A DNA stretch of 64,000 nucleotides from an uncultured Oscillospiraceae bacterium (GCA_964467585.1 CAYXRF010000001.1:67119-131118), one strand, 5' to 3'; positions 1 through 10,367 are shown, counted from the first letter of the stretch. Translations and numbers: made by a program. The notes: generated from the letters alone by a model not told the origin.

Positions 1-360
1 ATGCTGAATCGTGCGCAGATATTCCAATGAGTGACGTTTTTTTTGCAGTGGAAAATCGCTTGGGCAGTCGCCCGCAATCTCTATCTCACTCGCATGAATC
101 TCGAATGGCTGCTTTGCATCGGGCGTAAGCACAAGCTTGCCGCGCACTGTGATAGCCGCTCCTGTCGCCAACCTGTCGGAAACATCCGAAGGAATGCTGC
201 TGTGCTCATAAACTATCTGAACGCTTCTGAAGGCGGAGCCATCGCCAAGCTCGATGAATCCAACGGATTTGGACTCACGCGCTGTTTTTATCCACCCTGC
301 GACTTCAACATCGCCCGCGTGCTCCTCCGGACATTTTTGCAATTCGTACAGTCGTATCAT
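1..360 (-). CDS. asnS: asparagine--tRNA ligase, N-terminal 120 codons (gene runs off the window start)
   Basis: Not in the ORF track because it is open at the window edge. My translation from the ATG at 360-358 is MIRLYELQKCPEEHAGDVEVAGWIKTARESKSVGFIELGDGSAFRSVQIVY...QPFEIHASEIEIAG...FPLQKKRHSLEYLRTIQH. This matches the OB-fold N-domain and the KRHS-EYLR segment of E. coli-type AsnRS. The listed + ORF 31..366 is its antisense shadow. Confidence 0.85.
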   Translation of the reverse strand, partial: MIRLYELQKCPEEHAGDVEVAGWIKTARESKSVGFIELGDGSAFRSVQIVYEHSSIPSDVSDRLATGAAITVRGKLVLTPDAKQPFEIHASEIEIAGDCPSDFPLQKKRHSLEYLRTIQH

Positions 361-428
361 ACATAGCCTCTTTTTTTCGATTAATTCCGATTATTTTAGC
401 ACATTATGAATGCGGTTGCAACACCAAA

Positions 429-1478
429 TTAACCGAATACCCTGTCCCATGCCTTGCTGTACAGCGCAATGTTTGTGCCAAGATCACGGAACACCACGCA
501 GCGTGCAACAATACCATCGGATATGTTGAAAATAGGGTTATTCTGATAATACTTGTCAAGCAGGGGAAGAACGGCGGCATTGGGGGAGGAGTAGCCTATG
601 TACTCGGTATTTATCGCGCCGATCTCCGGGTCAAGCAAAAAGTTGACGAACTTCTCCGCAAGCTCCTGCTTTTGGCTGTTAACGGGTATCACCATGTTGT
701 CAAAATAGATATTGCTGCCCGATTCGGGGACAAAAAAGTCAAGGTCGGGATTGCCTTCATCGGGGTCGCAGCACCACACGGCGTCACCTGAGTAAACAAC
801 CGCAAGCGCACCATCGCCAAGAATCATGCTGTCCTTAACATCATCGGTAAGATAAGCCTTTACAAGAGGCTTTTGCGCAATAAGAGCGTCGGCGGCGGCA
901 TTAAGCTCCGCTTCGTCGGTGCTGTTAATGTCGTATCCTAAGTACAGCAGCGCAACTGCCATCGAGTCTCGAATGCTGTCGTACATATAGATCTTGTTGC
1001 TGTACTTACTGTTCCAAAGTATATCCCATGAGCCGAGATCTGATTCGTCAACCATCGTTTTGTTGTAAAGCACGCCAAGCACGCCCCATGTATACGGCAC
1101 GGAATAGGTGTTGTTCGGATCAAAGGCAAGATCCATAAAACGATCGTCAATATTTTCAATATTAGGAACATTGCTTTTGTTTATCGCGGAAAGTCTGCCG
1201 CCGGAAATAAGACGTTCAACGGCATAATCCGAAGGAATGCACAGATCGTAAGGACAATCGTCCGCCTCAAGCAGCACAAGCATTTCCTCATTGCTGGTGA
1301 CAGTTTTTTCTTTAATTGTGACGCCATATTCCTTTTTGAAACGGTCTTTGAGAGAATCCTCAAGGTAGTCGCCCCAGTTGAGCACATAGAGGGTGTCACC
1401 GGACGTGCATCCCGTAAGCGCGGGAAGAGCAACCAGCGTTATTGCCGCGCAAAGAAGAACCGCAATAATCTTTTTCAT
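429..1478 (-). CDS. potD: spermidine/putrescine ABC transporter substrate-binding lipoprotein
   Basis: PotD-like sequence with signal peptide and lipobox LTGC. It is the last gene of a potABCD-ordered operon. I chose the ATG at 1478, which has GGAGG 9 nt upstream; the track start at 1484 is TTG. Confidence 0.9.
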   Translation of the reverse strand: MKKIIAVLLCAAITLVALPALTGCTSGDTLYVLNWGDYLEDSLKDRFKKEYGVTIKEKTVTSNEEMLVLLEADDCPYDLCIPSDYAVERLISGGRLSAINKSNVPNIENIDDRFMDLAFDPNNTYSVPYTWGVLGVLYNKTMVDESDLGSWDILWNSKYSNKIYMYDSIRDSMAVALLYLGYDINSTDEAELNAAADALIAQKPLVKAYLTDDVKDSMILGDGALAVVYSGDAVWCCDPDEGNPDLDFFVPESGSNIYFDNMVIPVNSQKQELAEKFVNFLLDPEIGAINTEYIGYSSPNAAVLPLLDKYYQNNPIFNISDGIVARCVVFRDLGTNIALYSKAWDRVFG

Positions 1479-1529
1479 TTCCAAAAGCCTCCGTTGATTG
1501 TGATATGCTATGTAATGCGGCAGCAGAAA

Positions 1530-2351
1530 TCAGGATTTCCGCAGCAGCTTTTTCTCCTGTATTGCCGCACGCTTTTCCTGATTTATACTGCGAATATTGA
1601 TTATCAGCAGAAGCACGGTAACGACAAGGAACATAAGCGCTGAAAGCGCACAGAACTCTGTTGGCACAGCCTTTTTCACCTTTGAGTATATCAGCATCGA
1701 AAGGTTAACTGAAAGCCCTCCCGTGAACTGGCTTATAACAAAATCATCAATACTCAGTGTGAACGCAAGCAAAAATCCGGATACTATTCCGGGCATTATG
1801 TCGGGTATTACCACCTTTGTTAGCGCCTGAAAGGGACTGCACCCGAGATCAAGCGCCGCCTCGTAAAGCGTGTTGCTGCTTTGACGAAGCTTGGGCAGAA
1901 CGGAAAATACAACATACGGCAAATTGAATGTAATGTGAGCGATTATCAGCCGCAGAAGCCCATACTCCTGACGCAAGCCGATAAAGGTAAACAACAGCAT
2001 CATGGAAATACCCGTAACAAGATCAGGGTTGACCATGGGGAGCTGTGTGACAGCTTCAACAATGGAACGAGGGCGCTTTTTCATCGAGTGCAGCCCGATC
2101 GCTGTCGCGGTGCCGATTATCGTTGCAAGCACCGAAGAAACTGCCGCAACGGTAAGCGTTGTGGCAAGTGCGTCTTTTACATCGGTGTCATTTAAAAGGG
2201 CTGCATATGCGCCAAATGAAAAACCGTTCCAAACAACCGCTGTGCGCGAGTCGGTAAACGACATTACAAGCATCACCAGTATCGGCATATACATGAAAAA
2301 AAGCACCAAACCAAGGTATGAGCCTTTGATAAATTTCCAAACACGCTTCAC
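1530..2351 (-). CDS. potC: spermidine/putrescine ABC transporter permease
   Basis: Six-TM BPD-type permease. It overlaps the potB stop by 4 nt, consistent with translational coupling. Confidence 0.9.
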   Translation of the reverse strand: MKRVWKFIKGSYLGLVLFFMYMPILVMLVMSFTDSRTAVVWNGFSFGAYAALLNDTDVKDALATTLTVAAVSSVLATIIGTATAIGLHSMKKRPRSIVEAVTQLPMVNPDLVTGISMMLLFTFIGLRQEYGLLRLIIAHITFNLPYVVFSVLPKLRQSSNTLYEAALDLGCSPFQALTKVVIPDIMPGIVSGFLLAFTLSIDDFVISQFTGGLSVNLSMLIYSKVKKAVPTEFCALSALMFLVVTVLLLIINIRSINQEKRAAIQEKKLLRKS

Positions 2352-3175
2352 CAGATTGTTCCCCCCTCCGTGCCGTTATCGCGGTCAATGCGCCGCATTA
2401 TAAACATTGAAATCAAAACAAGCACTATCAGCACAATGGAAAGCGTTGAGCCGATACCCCATTCGTTGCTGCCGAGAAAGAATTTTTCTTCAATCACCTG
2501 ACCAAACAGCATAACATTTTTGCCGCCCAAAATTCCGGATACAGCAAATGTTGACATAGCGGGAACGAATACCATCGTTATGCCTGAAACTATTCCAGGC
2601 ATTGACAGAGGAAGGTAAACCTTTGTAAAGGTTTTTACCGAGTTCGCACCGAGGTCATGTGCCGCTTCAATATGAGAGCGATCAATTTTTTGCAGCACGG
2701 TATATATGGGCAGAATCATAAATGGCAAAAAGTCATATATTGTTGCGATCAGTACCGCACCGGGAGTGTAAATCAGCTGAGGGCTGTTGAAGCCGAGCCA
2801 TTCAAGAAGCTGCACGATTACTCCGCTGTCTGCAAGCAGAATCTTCCACGCTATTGTTCTCAGCAGCATATTCATCCACATGGGCATTATAAAAAGCATT
2901 GAAAGCAGCGCGGCGGTGCGCTTCTTCATATTTGAAAGAATGTACGCCACAGGGTATCCCACAAGCAGGCACACCACAGTAGCAACCAATGCGATCCAAA
3001 TGGAATTCCACAGCGCGGGGAGATACGTTGTATCCGAAAACACCCGTTCAACATATTCAAGCGTGAAAACGCCATCGTTAAAAAAGGCATAATAGAGCAC
3101 AAAAAGCAGAGGTGCTATTATGAATAACGGCATCCACACGAAAATGTAGGGATATGCTATACGCGCACGCTTCAT
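2348..3175 (-). CDS. potB: spermidine/putrescine ABC transporter permease
   Basis: BPD-type permease positioned between potA and potC. Confidence 0.9.
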   Translation of the reverse strand: MKRARIAYPYIFVWMPLFIIAPLLFVLYYAFFNDGVFTLEYVERVFSDTTYLPALWNSIWIALVATVVCLLVGYPVAYILSNMKKRTAALLSMLFIMPMWMNMLLRTIAWKILLADSGVIVQLLEWLGFNSPQLIYTPGAVLIATIYDFLPFMILPIYTVLQKIDRSHIEAAHDLGANSVKTFTKVYLPLSMPGIVSGITMVFVPAMSTFAVSGILGGKNVMLFGQVIEEKFFLGSNEWGIGSTLSIVLIVLVLISMFIMRRIDRDNGTEGGTIW

Positions 3176-3184
3176 AGTATCAGC

Positions 3185-4282
3185 TCACTCCGTTTCGCTG
3201 TCGGCTTCGCTGCCGTCTGACGACACGTCAATGTCGGCGGAAGGCTCAGGGTGCATAATGTGTATCGCGTCGGGCAGTATCTGAAGCCCCACAGTCTCAC
3301 CTACAGGAACGTAATCGGTTGAATGCACCTTCCATATGTCGCCGCCGCAATCGATGGTAAATTCATAATGCACACCCATAAAAAGCACGTTGGTTATCAC
3401 ACCGCACAGCCTTGCGCCGGAGGTGGGTATTATGTCAACATCCTCAGGACGTATCACGGCGTCCACAGGTTGCTCGGAACCAAAGCCCGTGTCAACGCAT
3501 TCGTACTCGACGCCGTTTATATTGACAAGATAATCATGAAGCATTGTTGCCGAATAGATGTTGCTCTCACCTATGAAACGGGCGACAAAGCGGTTCTTAG
3601 GCTCGTTATAGACGTCTATCGGGCGCCCGATCTGTTGGATAACGCCCTTGTTCATCACAACTATTGTGTCGCTCATTGTAAGCGCTTCTTCCTGATCGTG
3701 CGTAACATATATGAAGGTAATGCCAAGCCGCTGCTGCATACGCTTCAGCTCAAGCTGCATACCCTTGCGAAGCTTCAGATCCAACGCGCCGAGAGGCTCG
3801 TCAAGCAAAAGAACCTCAGGCTCATTGATAAGCGCACGCGCAATGGCAACGCGCTGCTGCTGTCCACCGGAAAGCTGCTCGATATAGCGCTTTTCAAAGC
3901 CCGAAAGATTAACAAGCTCAAGCATCTCCGAAACACGTTTGGCAATCTCTTTTTTATCAACCTTTTTAATACTCAAGCCAAACGCAACGTTGTCATATAC
4001 GTTGAGATGAGGAAACAATGCATATTTCTGGAATACCGTGTTGACCTTGCGCTTGTAAGGAGGTATGCCCGTCATATCCGCGCCGTCAATCAACACCCTG
4101 CCGGAGGTGGGCATTATAAAGCCCGCAATAAGCCTCAAGAGGGTTGTTTTGCCGCAGCCGGAAGGGCCAAGCAAAGTCAAAAACTCTCCATCGCGCACAT
4201 AAAGGTTTATGTTATCAAGAGCGACGTCGCCGTCGTATTCCTTCTTCAGATCAATCAGCTCAATAAGCCGCTTGCTGTCCAT
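3185..4282 (-). CDS. potA: spermidine/putrescine ABC transporter ATP-binding protein
   Basis: Walker [10 protein letters not shown], signature LSGGQQQR, Walker B LLLDEP, and a C-terminal TOBE-like domain. I chose the ATG at 4282, which has GGAGGA 9 nt upstream; the track start at 4306 is TTG. Confidence 0.92.
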   Translation of the reverse strand: MDSKRLIELIDLKKEYDGDVALDNINLYVRDGEFLTLLGPSGCGKTTLLRLIAGFIMPTSGRVLIDGADMTGIPPYKRKVNTVFQKYALFPHLNVYDNVAFGLSIKKVDKKEIAKRVSEMLELVNLSGFEKRYIEQLSGGQQQRVAIARALINEPEVLLLDEPLGALDLKLRKGMQLELKRMQQRLGITFIYVTHDQEEALTMSDTIVVMNKGVIQQIGRPIDVYNEPKNRFVARFIGESNIYSATMLHDYLVNINGVEYECVDTGFGSEQPVDAVIRPEDVDIIPTSGARLCGVITNVLFMGVHYEFTIDCGGDIWKVHSTDYVPVGETVGLQILPDAIHIMHPEPSADIDVSSDGSEADSETE

Positions 4283-4302
4283 CGCGTCAGTTCCTCCGTC
4301 CG

Positions 4303-4845
4303 TCAAAATGAGGGAGGCGTTGCCACCCAGATAACGCGTGCCTCACGTTTTGAAGCGTTTGTCAGATAGTGCCGTTCGGTTGGCTTAAAGCAAAAGCTGT
4401 CGCCCTTTTTAAGCCTGAAACGGCGGCTGCCGAGAATAAGCACAACATTTCCCGAAAGCACATAGCCAAACTCCTCGCCCTCGTGCGGGTCGTCGGGACA
4501 GGTTTCACCACCCTGCGCGATAGTGACCAATATCGGTTCAATATCGTTTTTTTGAGCATTCGGAACAAGCCAACAGATTGTCGAGCCAAGCTCCGCGTCG
4601 TCTTTAACGAACATATCATCGGGGCTGAACACCACTTTTTCATCAGCACTGTGAACAAAAAAGTCTGATATATCAGTGCCGAGAGCCTCCAATATGTCCA
4701 TCAGCGTCGCAATTGACGGCGAGGTAAGGTTGCGCTCCAACTGGCTGATAAAGCCCTTTGAAAGCTCTGTGCGCGCCGCAAGCTCCTCTTGTGTAAGCCC
4801 AAGCTTTTGCCGCTTGCGCTTTATGGCGTCACCGATGTCAAACAC
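4303..4845 (-). CDS. XRE-family HTH plus cupin-domain transcriptional regulator (PuuR-like architecture)
   Basis: N-terminal HTH_3 ([25 protein letters not shown]) and a C-terminal cupin ([14 protein letters not shown]...GDSFCF). I chose the GTG at 4845, which has AGGAGG 8 nt upstream. It is the first gene of the pot operon. Confidence 0.8.
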   Translation of the reverse strand: MFDIGDAIKRKRQKLGLTQEELAARTELSKGFISQLERNLTSPSIATLMDILEALGTDISDFFVHSADEKVVFSPDDMFVKDDAELGSTICWLVPNAQKNDIEPILVTIAQGGETCPDDPHEGEEFGYVLSGNVVLILGSRRFRLKKGDSFCFKPTERHYLTNASKREARVIWVATPPSF

Positions 4846-5099
4846 GAGTATCGCCTCCTGTATAAGTGCTAAACACAAAGTTTATCAACACTAAACTTAT
4901 TGACATAATTAAAACACATCATAAAGCGTACGTCAACATTTATCCGACAATATACTATTGCTTTTAACGTGAAATTAATTCAATCACAATATGGGATATG
5001 TGAGTGCATGAAAGCAAAAAGTATAGCATTGCTAAACAAAATTATGTGTTTGGGCAAAATAAAAATTTATTCGAGCGCAGCTATACAGTCAAATGACGT

Positions 5100-5981
5100 T
5101 TAACGGTTTTGCCGTGCGGAAGCCCATGAACGAACGTAATCCACAAACGCACGCGCCGCAGGGGATATTCCCTTGTGCGGACGCGAGGCTATGCCAATCG
5201 TGCGGAAGCACGCGGGGCAAAGCTCAAGCGTGGTTACATTCTCGTCATGACCGGAAAGCACAAGCTCCGGCAAAATAGTGATGCCTATTCCGCGCTCAAC
5301 CATTGCAATCGCCGCATAGTCGTCCCTAAGCGTGTAACGAACCTTGGGCGTTATGCCATTCGCGCCAAACAGCTGACCTATATCGTAGTTTGAACCCTCA
5401 CCCGGGATAATAAAATCGTCTCCGCTGATTAAATCAATCGGCAGTGCGTCAAAGCCTTCAAATGGATGTCCCTTGGGAAGCACCGCCAACATTTTGTCGC
5501 GGGTGAGCGCGATGGAGTTCAGATCCTTATGAGTGCTTTTTGTGATAAAACCGCAGTCAAGCCTTTCGTCCAGTATCATTTCCTCAATCTCTTGGTACAG
5601 ACCGGCAAATATTTCAATATCAATGGAGGGATAAAGCCTGTTAAAGCCGCAGATGATGTCAGGCGCCCAGTGCACCGCCACGCTGGAAAACATTCCGACG
5701 CGAACTCTGCCGGAAAGCAGACCGTTTATCGCGCTGACGGTTTGACGCAGAAGCTCATCAGAATTTATAACCTCCCGCATGGGAGCGATAAGCTTTGCGC
5801 CGTCCGCTGTAAGCGCCGCGCCGCCCTTGCTTCGCGTAAAAAGAGGGAAGCCAAATTCAACCTCCATATCGGCGATTATCCGACTGACGCCGGACTGAGT
5901 GTAGCCCAGTCGGTCGCCCGCGGCGGTAAGACTGCCAAGCTCCGCAACTGTCAAAAAAACTTGATATTTGACTGTATTCAT
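5100..5981 (-). CDS. LysR-family transcriptional regulator
   Basis: The N-terminal wHTH (YQVFLTVAELGSLTAAGDRLGYTQSGVSRII) and LysR substrate-binding fold start at the internal ATG at 5981. It is divergent from the transporter at 6173. Confidence 0.88.
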   Translation of the reverse strand: MNTVKYQVFLTVAELGSLTAAGDRLGYTQSGVSRIIADMEVEFGFPLFTRSKGGAALTADGAKLIAPMREVINSDELLRQTVSAINGLLSGRVRVGMFSSVAVHWAPDIICGFNRLYPSIDIEIFAGLYQEIEEMILDERLDCGFITKSTHKDLNSIALTRDKMLAVLPKGHPFEGFDALPIDLISGDDFIIPGEGSNYDIGQLFGANGITPKVRYTLRDDYAAIAMVERGIGITILPELVLSGHDENVTTLELCPACFRTIGIASRPHKGISPAARAFVDYVRSWASARQNR

Positions 5982-6172
5982 ATAATACGCCTCTATGCGG
6001 TGCGTGTCGGAATTTCCTCGGCAATAATCTGCGCTGTCAACCGAAGCAAACATTACAAAACCGCATGGATAGTATAACAAACATTCGCTTTCATTTCAAT
6101 AGGCTTTGTAGTAATATGTGCAAGGTCTGTGAGAAACGCAGATAAAACGATTAACAAGGGGAATGTATCGCA

Positions 6173-7396
6173 ATGGAATCCATAACCCGTCCTTTGGACG
6201 GAAGGGCAAAGCGGAGCATAGAGCCAAAGGGCAGAGCACGTTCGGGGAATGCTTTGAAAAAGCTTACTCCCGTTATTTTTTTGGTGGTATTGACCGCCGT
6301 TCTCACGGTGTTCGCCGTTCCGATGGGCGTCGCCAATATGCTGAGTACGCTTATGAATACCGCATATGAGATACTCATCAACACAACCCTGTACATTATG
6401 GCGATTGCCGTTATGATGGGCGCACTTTCCGCGCTGCTTACGGAGTTTGGCGTTGTCGGGCTGATAAACAAGCTTGTATCGCCGCTGATGCGTCCTCTTT
6501 ATGACCTGCCGGGGGCGGCGTCCATAGGGGTTATAACAACCTATCTTTCCGATAATCCTGCGATACTGTGTCTTGCGGACGATAAGGGGTTTCGCAGATA
6601 TTTCAAAAAGTATCAGCTTCCCGCCCTTACAAACCTCGGCACATCGTTTGGGATGGGTCTTATAGTTACAACTTTCATGCTTGGTCTTGGCGGAACAACG
6701 GGCGTAAGCCTTGTAGCTCCCGTTATAGTCGGAAATATCGCTGCCCTGATAGGCAGCGTAGTCAGCACACGCATCATGCTTTTTTACACAAAAAGACTGT
6801 ACGGAAAGACAGCTCCGGCCGATTCTTTGGATGATGGTGAAGCTCCCGCAGCGCAGGATGACAAGCCAAAGCAGGGACTTGGTCTGCGCGTTATGAACGC
6901 TCTGCTCACAGGCGGCAAATCAGGGGTAACATTGGGTCTGGGCATAATACCGGGAGTGCTGATTATTTGCACAATAGTGATGATGCTCACAAATTCCGCC
7001 CCTGCCGAAGGCTTTACCGGTGGTGCTTACGAGGGCATAGGTCTGTTGCCTAAGCTTGCGGAATACCTCAACTTTATTATTAAGCCGCTGTTCGGCTTTC
7101 AAAGCGCGAGCGCGATTGCCGTACCTATAACCGCCCTCGGCTCTGCGGGTGCGGCGATGGGTCTTGTGCCCACAATGCTTTCATCAGGCGCAGCAAGCGT
7201 TCACGATGTTGCTGTTTTCACCGCCATGTGTATGTGCTGGAGCGGTTATCTGTCCACCCATGTTTCAATGATGGACAGTCTTAACTGCCGTGAGCTGACG
7301 GGCAAGGCAATATTGTCACACACTATCGGGGGACTTGTTGCGGGCGTTGCAGCAAACTGGCTGTATGTTGCAGCGGCGGCAGTTTTCAGCCTGTGA
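6173..7396 (+). CDS. polytopic membrane protein, nucleoside-recognition (Gate) domain-like transporter
   Basis: About 10 predicted TM segments, with Gate-like motifs (GLINKLVSPLMRPLYDLPGAAS). It is divergent from the LysR gene. The function call is tentative. Confidence 0.6.
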   Translation: MESITRPLDGRAKRSIEPKGRARSGNALKKLTPVIFLVVLTAVLTVFAVPMGVANMLSTLMNTAYEILINTTLYIMAIAVMMGALSALLTEFGVVGLINKLVSPLMRPLYDLPGAASIGVITTYLSDNPAILCLADDKGFRRYFKKYQLPALTNLGTSFGMGLIVTTFMLGLGGTTGVSLVAPVIVGNIAALIGSVVSTRIMLFYTKRLYGKTAPADSLDDGEAPAAQDDKPKQGLGLRVMNALLTGGKSGVTLGLGIIPGVLIICTIVMMLTNSAPAEGFTGGAYEGIGLLPKLAEYLNFIIKPLFGFQSASAIAVPITALGSAGAAMGLVPTMLSSGAASVHDVAVFTAMCMCWSGYLSTHVSMMDSLNCRELTGKAILSHTIGGLVAGVAANWLYVAAAAVFSL

Positions 7397-7433
7397 CACA
7401 CATCAGAATAAATGAGTTAATGCATTGATAATT

Positions 7434-8462
7434 TCAATCTAAGCTTTCAATATCGTTAATAAGTCCGCCGCGCAGCTCAAAGCGAAAAAGCCTTGGCAGC
7501 ATGACGGGCTTTTTCTCGTCAAAAAGACCGATGACAATAAATCCGTTTGATGTGTTTGAAAGCGGGGACGCTTTGCAGAATTCAAAGTCGCCAAGGTATT
7601 CAGCAATCTCATCAATACTGAGGCTTTGAGTAAGCTCACTTGCCACAAGAGGTGAGGCATTGTCATAAAGACGGAGATGTATAGACTCACAGAAGCAAAG
7701 AGCAATCTCTTCATCGCAGGAAGCGGCAACGGCTTCACGCGTGAAAAAACCGTATTCCTCCGCAAGGGGAACGTATTCGCCTGAGCGATACTCATAGCGC
7801 TCCCGCCGTTGAAATCCCGCAGAAGTTTCAAGCTCACATATCGCCGTAGGATAACCGTCAATCACACCAACCATGTCCCCGCTTATGTCAAGAAGTGCGT
7901 CAAGCTCACCGTTCAAAAGAATCAGCCTTTCGCCGCCCTGATATGCAATGCGCGCTTCAAGCAAACGCTCTCTGCCAACATCCAAAAGTGACAAGATGCC
8001 GGAGTCGCCAAAGCCGATGGCAAACGCGGAGGACGATTTTTCACTTTCGGGAGAGACAACAAGACGCATTTCACCATCGTTAATAAGCTCGATTTTCGCC
8101 GGCGCACCGCCATATCTGAACTGTACGGAGCCAAAGCTCTCCGCCTTGCGCCTGCCGCAAATCGGAAGCAAGCAGGGAGAAAGCCAAACCTCAAATAGCC
8201 CACGCCAATCCGTCACGCGCACATCATCGGCAATTGCATCCCCGTCAACCTTGCAATCGGTAATACGTATTAAACGTGTAACGGGTACGGCGGCACAGCC
8301 ATCAGGGCTTTCTGTCGGGAATGCACCGATATAACACTCCGTGCTTTCGGATACCGGCAGTATCAAACGACGCCCGCTGTCAGATACGCCGACGACTTCC
8401 GCGTTGACGGTAATAAAGCAGGGCAGAGCCGTTGTTATGCAAAGCATGGGCAGTGAATTCAT
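7434..8462 (-). CDS. hypothetical cytoplasmic protein (342 aa, acidic, no motif recognised)
   Basis: Long ORF with GGAGG upstream and coding-like composition. I recognise no family. Confidence 0.6.
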   Translation of the reverse strand: MNSLPMLCITTALPCFITVNAEVVGVSDSGRRLILPVSESTECYIGAFPTESPDGCAAVPVTRLIRITDCKVDGDAIADDVRVTDWRGLFEVWLSPCLLPICGRRKAESFGSVQFRYGGAPAKIELINDGEMRLVVSPESEKSSSAFAIGFGDSGILSLLDVGRERLLEARIAYQGGERLILLNGELDALLDISGDMVGVIDGYPTAICELETSAGFQRRERYEYRSGEYVPLAEEYGFFTREAVAASCDEEIALCFCESIHLRLYDNASPLVASELTQSLSIDEIAEYLGDFEFCKASPLSNTSNGFIVIGLFDEKKPVMLPRLFRFELRGGLINDIESLD

Positions 8463-8626
8463 CGCGCCTCCAAATATAAACTATGCCATAGCAGAATATG
8501 AGAGGGAACGACGCAAAATGCCTATTGTGTTTTGAACATACAGCTGTGAAATATGGCAAAAAAACGACAATGTCGAAACAAATTAAATAAATCACAGCAT
8601 GAGCCGTATTTCCTGTAAAAATATGC

Positions 8627-8654
8627 TTGCATTTTTTGTTCTTTGTGCTACAAT
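8627..8654 (+). promoter_or_regulatory. sigma-A type promoter for the rpiR-PHP operon
   Basis: TTGCAT (8627-8632), 16-nt spacer, extended -10 TGcTACAAT (8646-8654). It lies 67 nt upstream of the ATG at 8721. Confidence 0.5.
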
Positions 8655-8720
8655 GATTCAATCATCCAAGGAGAAATATTTTCATCCTTGGTATATTTGG
8701 CAAATGACGGAGGATTGTAT

Positions 8721-9554
8721 ATGCCTGCAAGAACGAAATTAAGCTCAGTTTATTCAACATTACCACCTGCGGAGCGCAAAGTGGCGGATTTTATCCTGTC
8801 CAACCCCGATAGAGCGGCTCACATGGTCATCAACGACATTGCCGCCGCCGCGCAGGTCAGCGTGCCTTCCGTTACCCGTCTTGCGCGCAAGCTTGGTTAT
8901 GATGGGTTTATGGAGTTTCGCGTCGCGCTTGCAAGCGGCACATCCACTGTAAAGCCGGTGGATGAATCCCCCCTCAACAGAGAAGATTCCGACGAAGTCA
9001 TCATCAAAAAGCTGATGTACGGAGAGATGCGTGCAATTGAGTCCACCCTGCGTGTGCTCGACTGTGATATGTTCTCTTCCCTTGCCACAGCTATTGACAA
9101 GTGTGAACGCCTTGTGTGGTTTGGAGTCGGCAACGCGCTTTCGCCCGCATCCGCTATTTCTGAGGATCTGTGCCGCATGGAGGTCGATTCAATTGTGATT
9201 ACGGAGGACAGCGTTATGCGCACATATGCGCGGCGGCTTAAGCCGGGAGATCTGTTCTTTGGCATATCACGTTCAGGTCAAACTCAAAAGACGATCGACT
9301 GCATAAGGATTGCAAAGGAATGCGGTGCGACTACTGCGTTCATGACTAACCTTGACAATTCCGACGCAAGGGAGTATGCGGACTACTTCGTATGCACATC
9401 TCGTCTGGATGAGCTTTACCGCTTCTGCGGCTTTGAAACAAGCTGCTCGATGAAGGCGCTGCTTGAAACGCTGGCGACGCTTGTTGCAAACAAGCGCGGC
9501 TATATTGAGCGCAAGGATTTTCTTGATGTATTTACGTCAAGAACAACAAGATGA
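8721..9554 (+). CDS. MurR/RpiR-family transcriptional regulator (HTH_6 plus SIS domain)
   Basis: The HTH (AERKVADFILSNPD...INDIAAAAQVSVPSVTRLARKLGYDGF) is followed by an SIS domain. The ATG at 8721 has GGAGG 7 nt upstream. Confidence 0.85.
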   Translation: MPARTKLSSVYSTLPPAERKVADFILSNPDRAAHMVINDIAAAAQVSVPSVTRLARKLGYDGFMEFRVALASGTSTVKPVDESPLNREDSDEVIIKKLMYGEMRAIESTLRVLDCDMFSSLATAIDKCERLVWFGVGNALSPASAISEDLCRMEVDSIVITEDSVMRTYARRLKPGDLFFGISRSGQTQKTIDCIRIAKECGATTAFMTNLDNSDAREYADYFVCTSRLDELYRFCGFETSCSMKALLETLATLVANKRGYIERKDFLDVFTSRTTR

Positions 9555-10279
9555 ACTATCGGATATTTGCGGATTACCATACGCATACATATTTCAGCCA
9601 TGGCAGCGGCAGTCCGCGTGATGTGGTTGAGACAGCAAAAAACAAGGGACTTGAGGCGGTTGCCATATCCGAGCATGGAGCGGGGCATATGCTGTATGGC
9701 GTGCGTGGCAATCGGCTTGTCGAGCTTAACAACGAGATTGAGGCTCTCAAAAGCGAGTATGCACAGTCGCTCAGCGTTATGCGCGGAGCGGAGCTTAATG
9801 TAACGGGCTTTGGCAAAAGCGACGCCCCTGCCGACAGAGAAGCATACGACATTATAATAATCGGATTTCATAAGGGAGTTGCGCCCGTTAACCGCTTTGC
9901 CGCCCACATATGGACGGAGAGCATGCTTGGCATTAAGGGAAGCCCACGTGCCAACACCGAGTCTATACTTGCCGCCGCAGAGGCTTGCAGGGCAGACATA
10001 ATTTCGCATCCAAATCTGTATGTACGGTTAGACATTACCTATCTTGCGGACTGTGCGCGACAGCTTGGTATCGCTTTGGAAATTAATTCCGCAAGGGTTA
10101 CGCTTTCAGACGACGAGATAAAAACGATCTCCGCGCATGGATGCAAGCTGGTGATAGGCAGCGATGCGCACATCCCCGAGCGAGTCGGTGATTTTGCGTT
10201 AGCGTCCGCCGCCGCCGAGCGCTGCGGCGTGTGGGGCTCCGTAATCAACGCAAGAGAAATCGCTGCGACTGACAAATAA
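9551..10279 (+). CDS. PHP-domain phosphoesterase (histidinol-phosphatase-like)
   Basis: The N-terminus is DYHTHTYFSHGSG and it carries downstream PHP His/Asp motifs. An ATGA overlap with the rpiR-like stop indicates an operon. Confidence 0.8.
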   Translation: MNYRIFADYHTHTYFSHGSGSPRDVVETAKNKGLEAVAISEHGAGHMLYGVRGNRLVELNNEIEALKSEYAQSLSVMRGAELNVTGFGKSDAPADREAYDIIIIGFHKGVAPVNRFAAHIWTESMLGIKGSPRANTESILAAAEACRADIISHPNLYVRLDITYLADCARQLGIALEINSARVTLSDDEIKTISAHGCKLVIGSDAHIPERVGDFALASAAAERCGVWGSVINAREIAATDK

Positions 10280-10367
10280 AAATTCGAAAGCACTTGCAAA
10301 GCCACGCGCATATATGATACTATGTATACGGGTGGTTTTCTATTTTTTTAAGGAGGTTTAACATATT

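Noticed and set aside
31-366. 111-aa + strand ORF at the window start
   Set aside because: It is the antisense shadow of the asnS N-terminus, which translates into a clear AsnRS sequence on the minus strand. It has no SD and a non-protein-like sequence.
3323-4369. 348-aa + strand ORF, with similar long antisense ORFs at 5466..6077, 17015..17674, 41205..42140 and 45719..46255
   Set aside because: Each lies entirely opposite a well-supported gene (potA, LysR, the lipoprotein gene, the PBP gene, maf). Their composition is Arg/Cys/His-rich, they have no SD and they carry no recognisable motifs. These are typical mirror ORFs.
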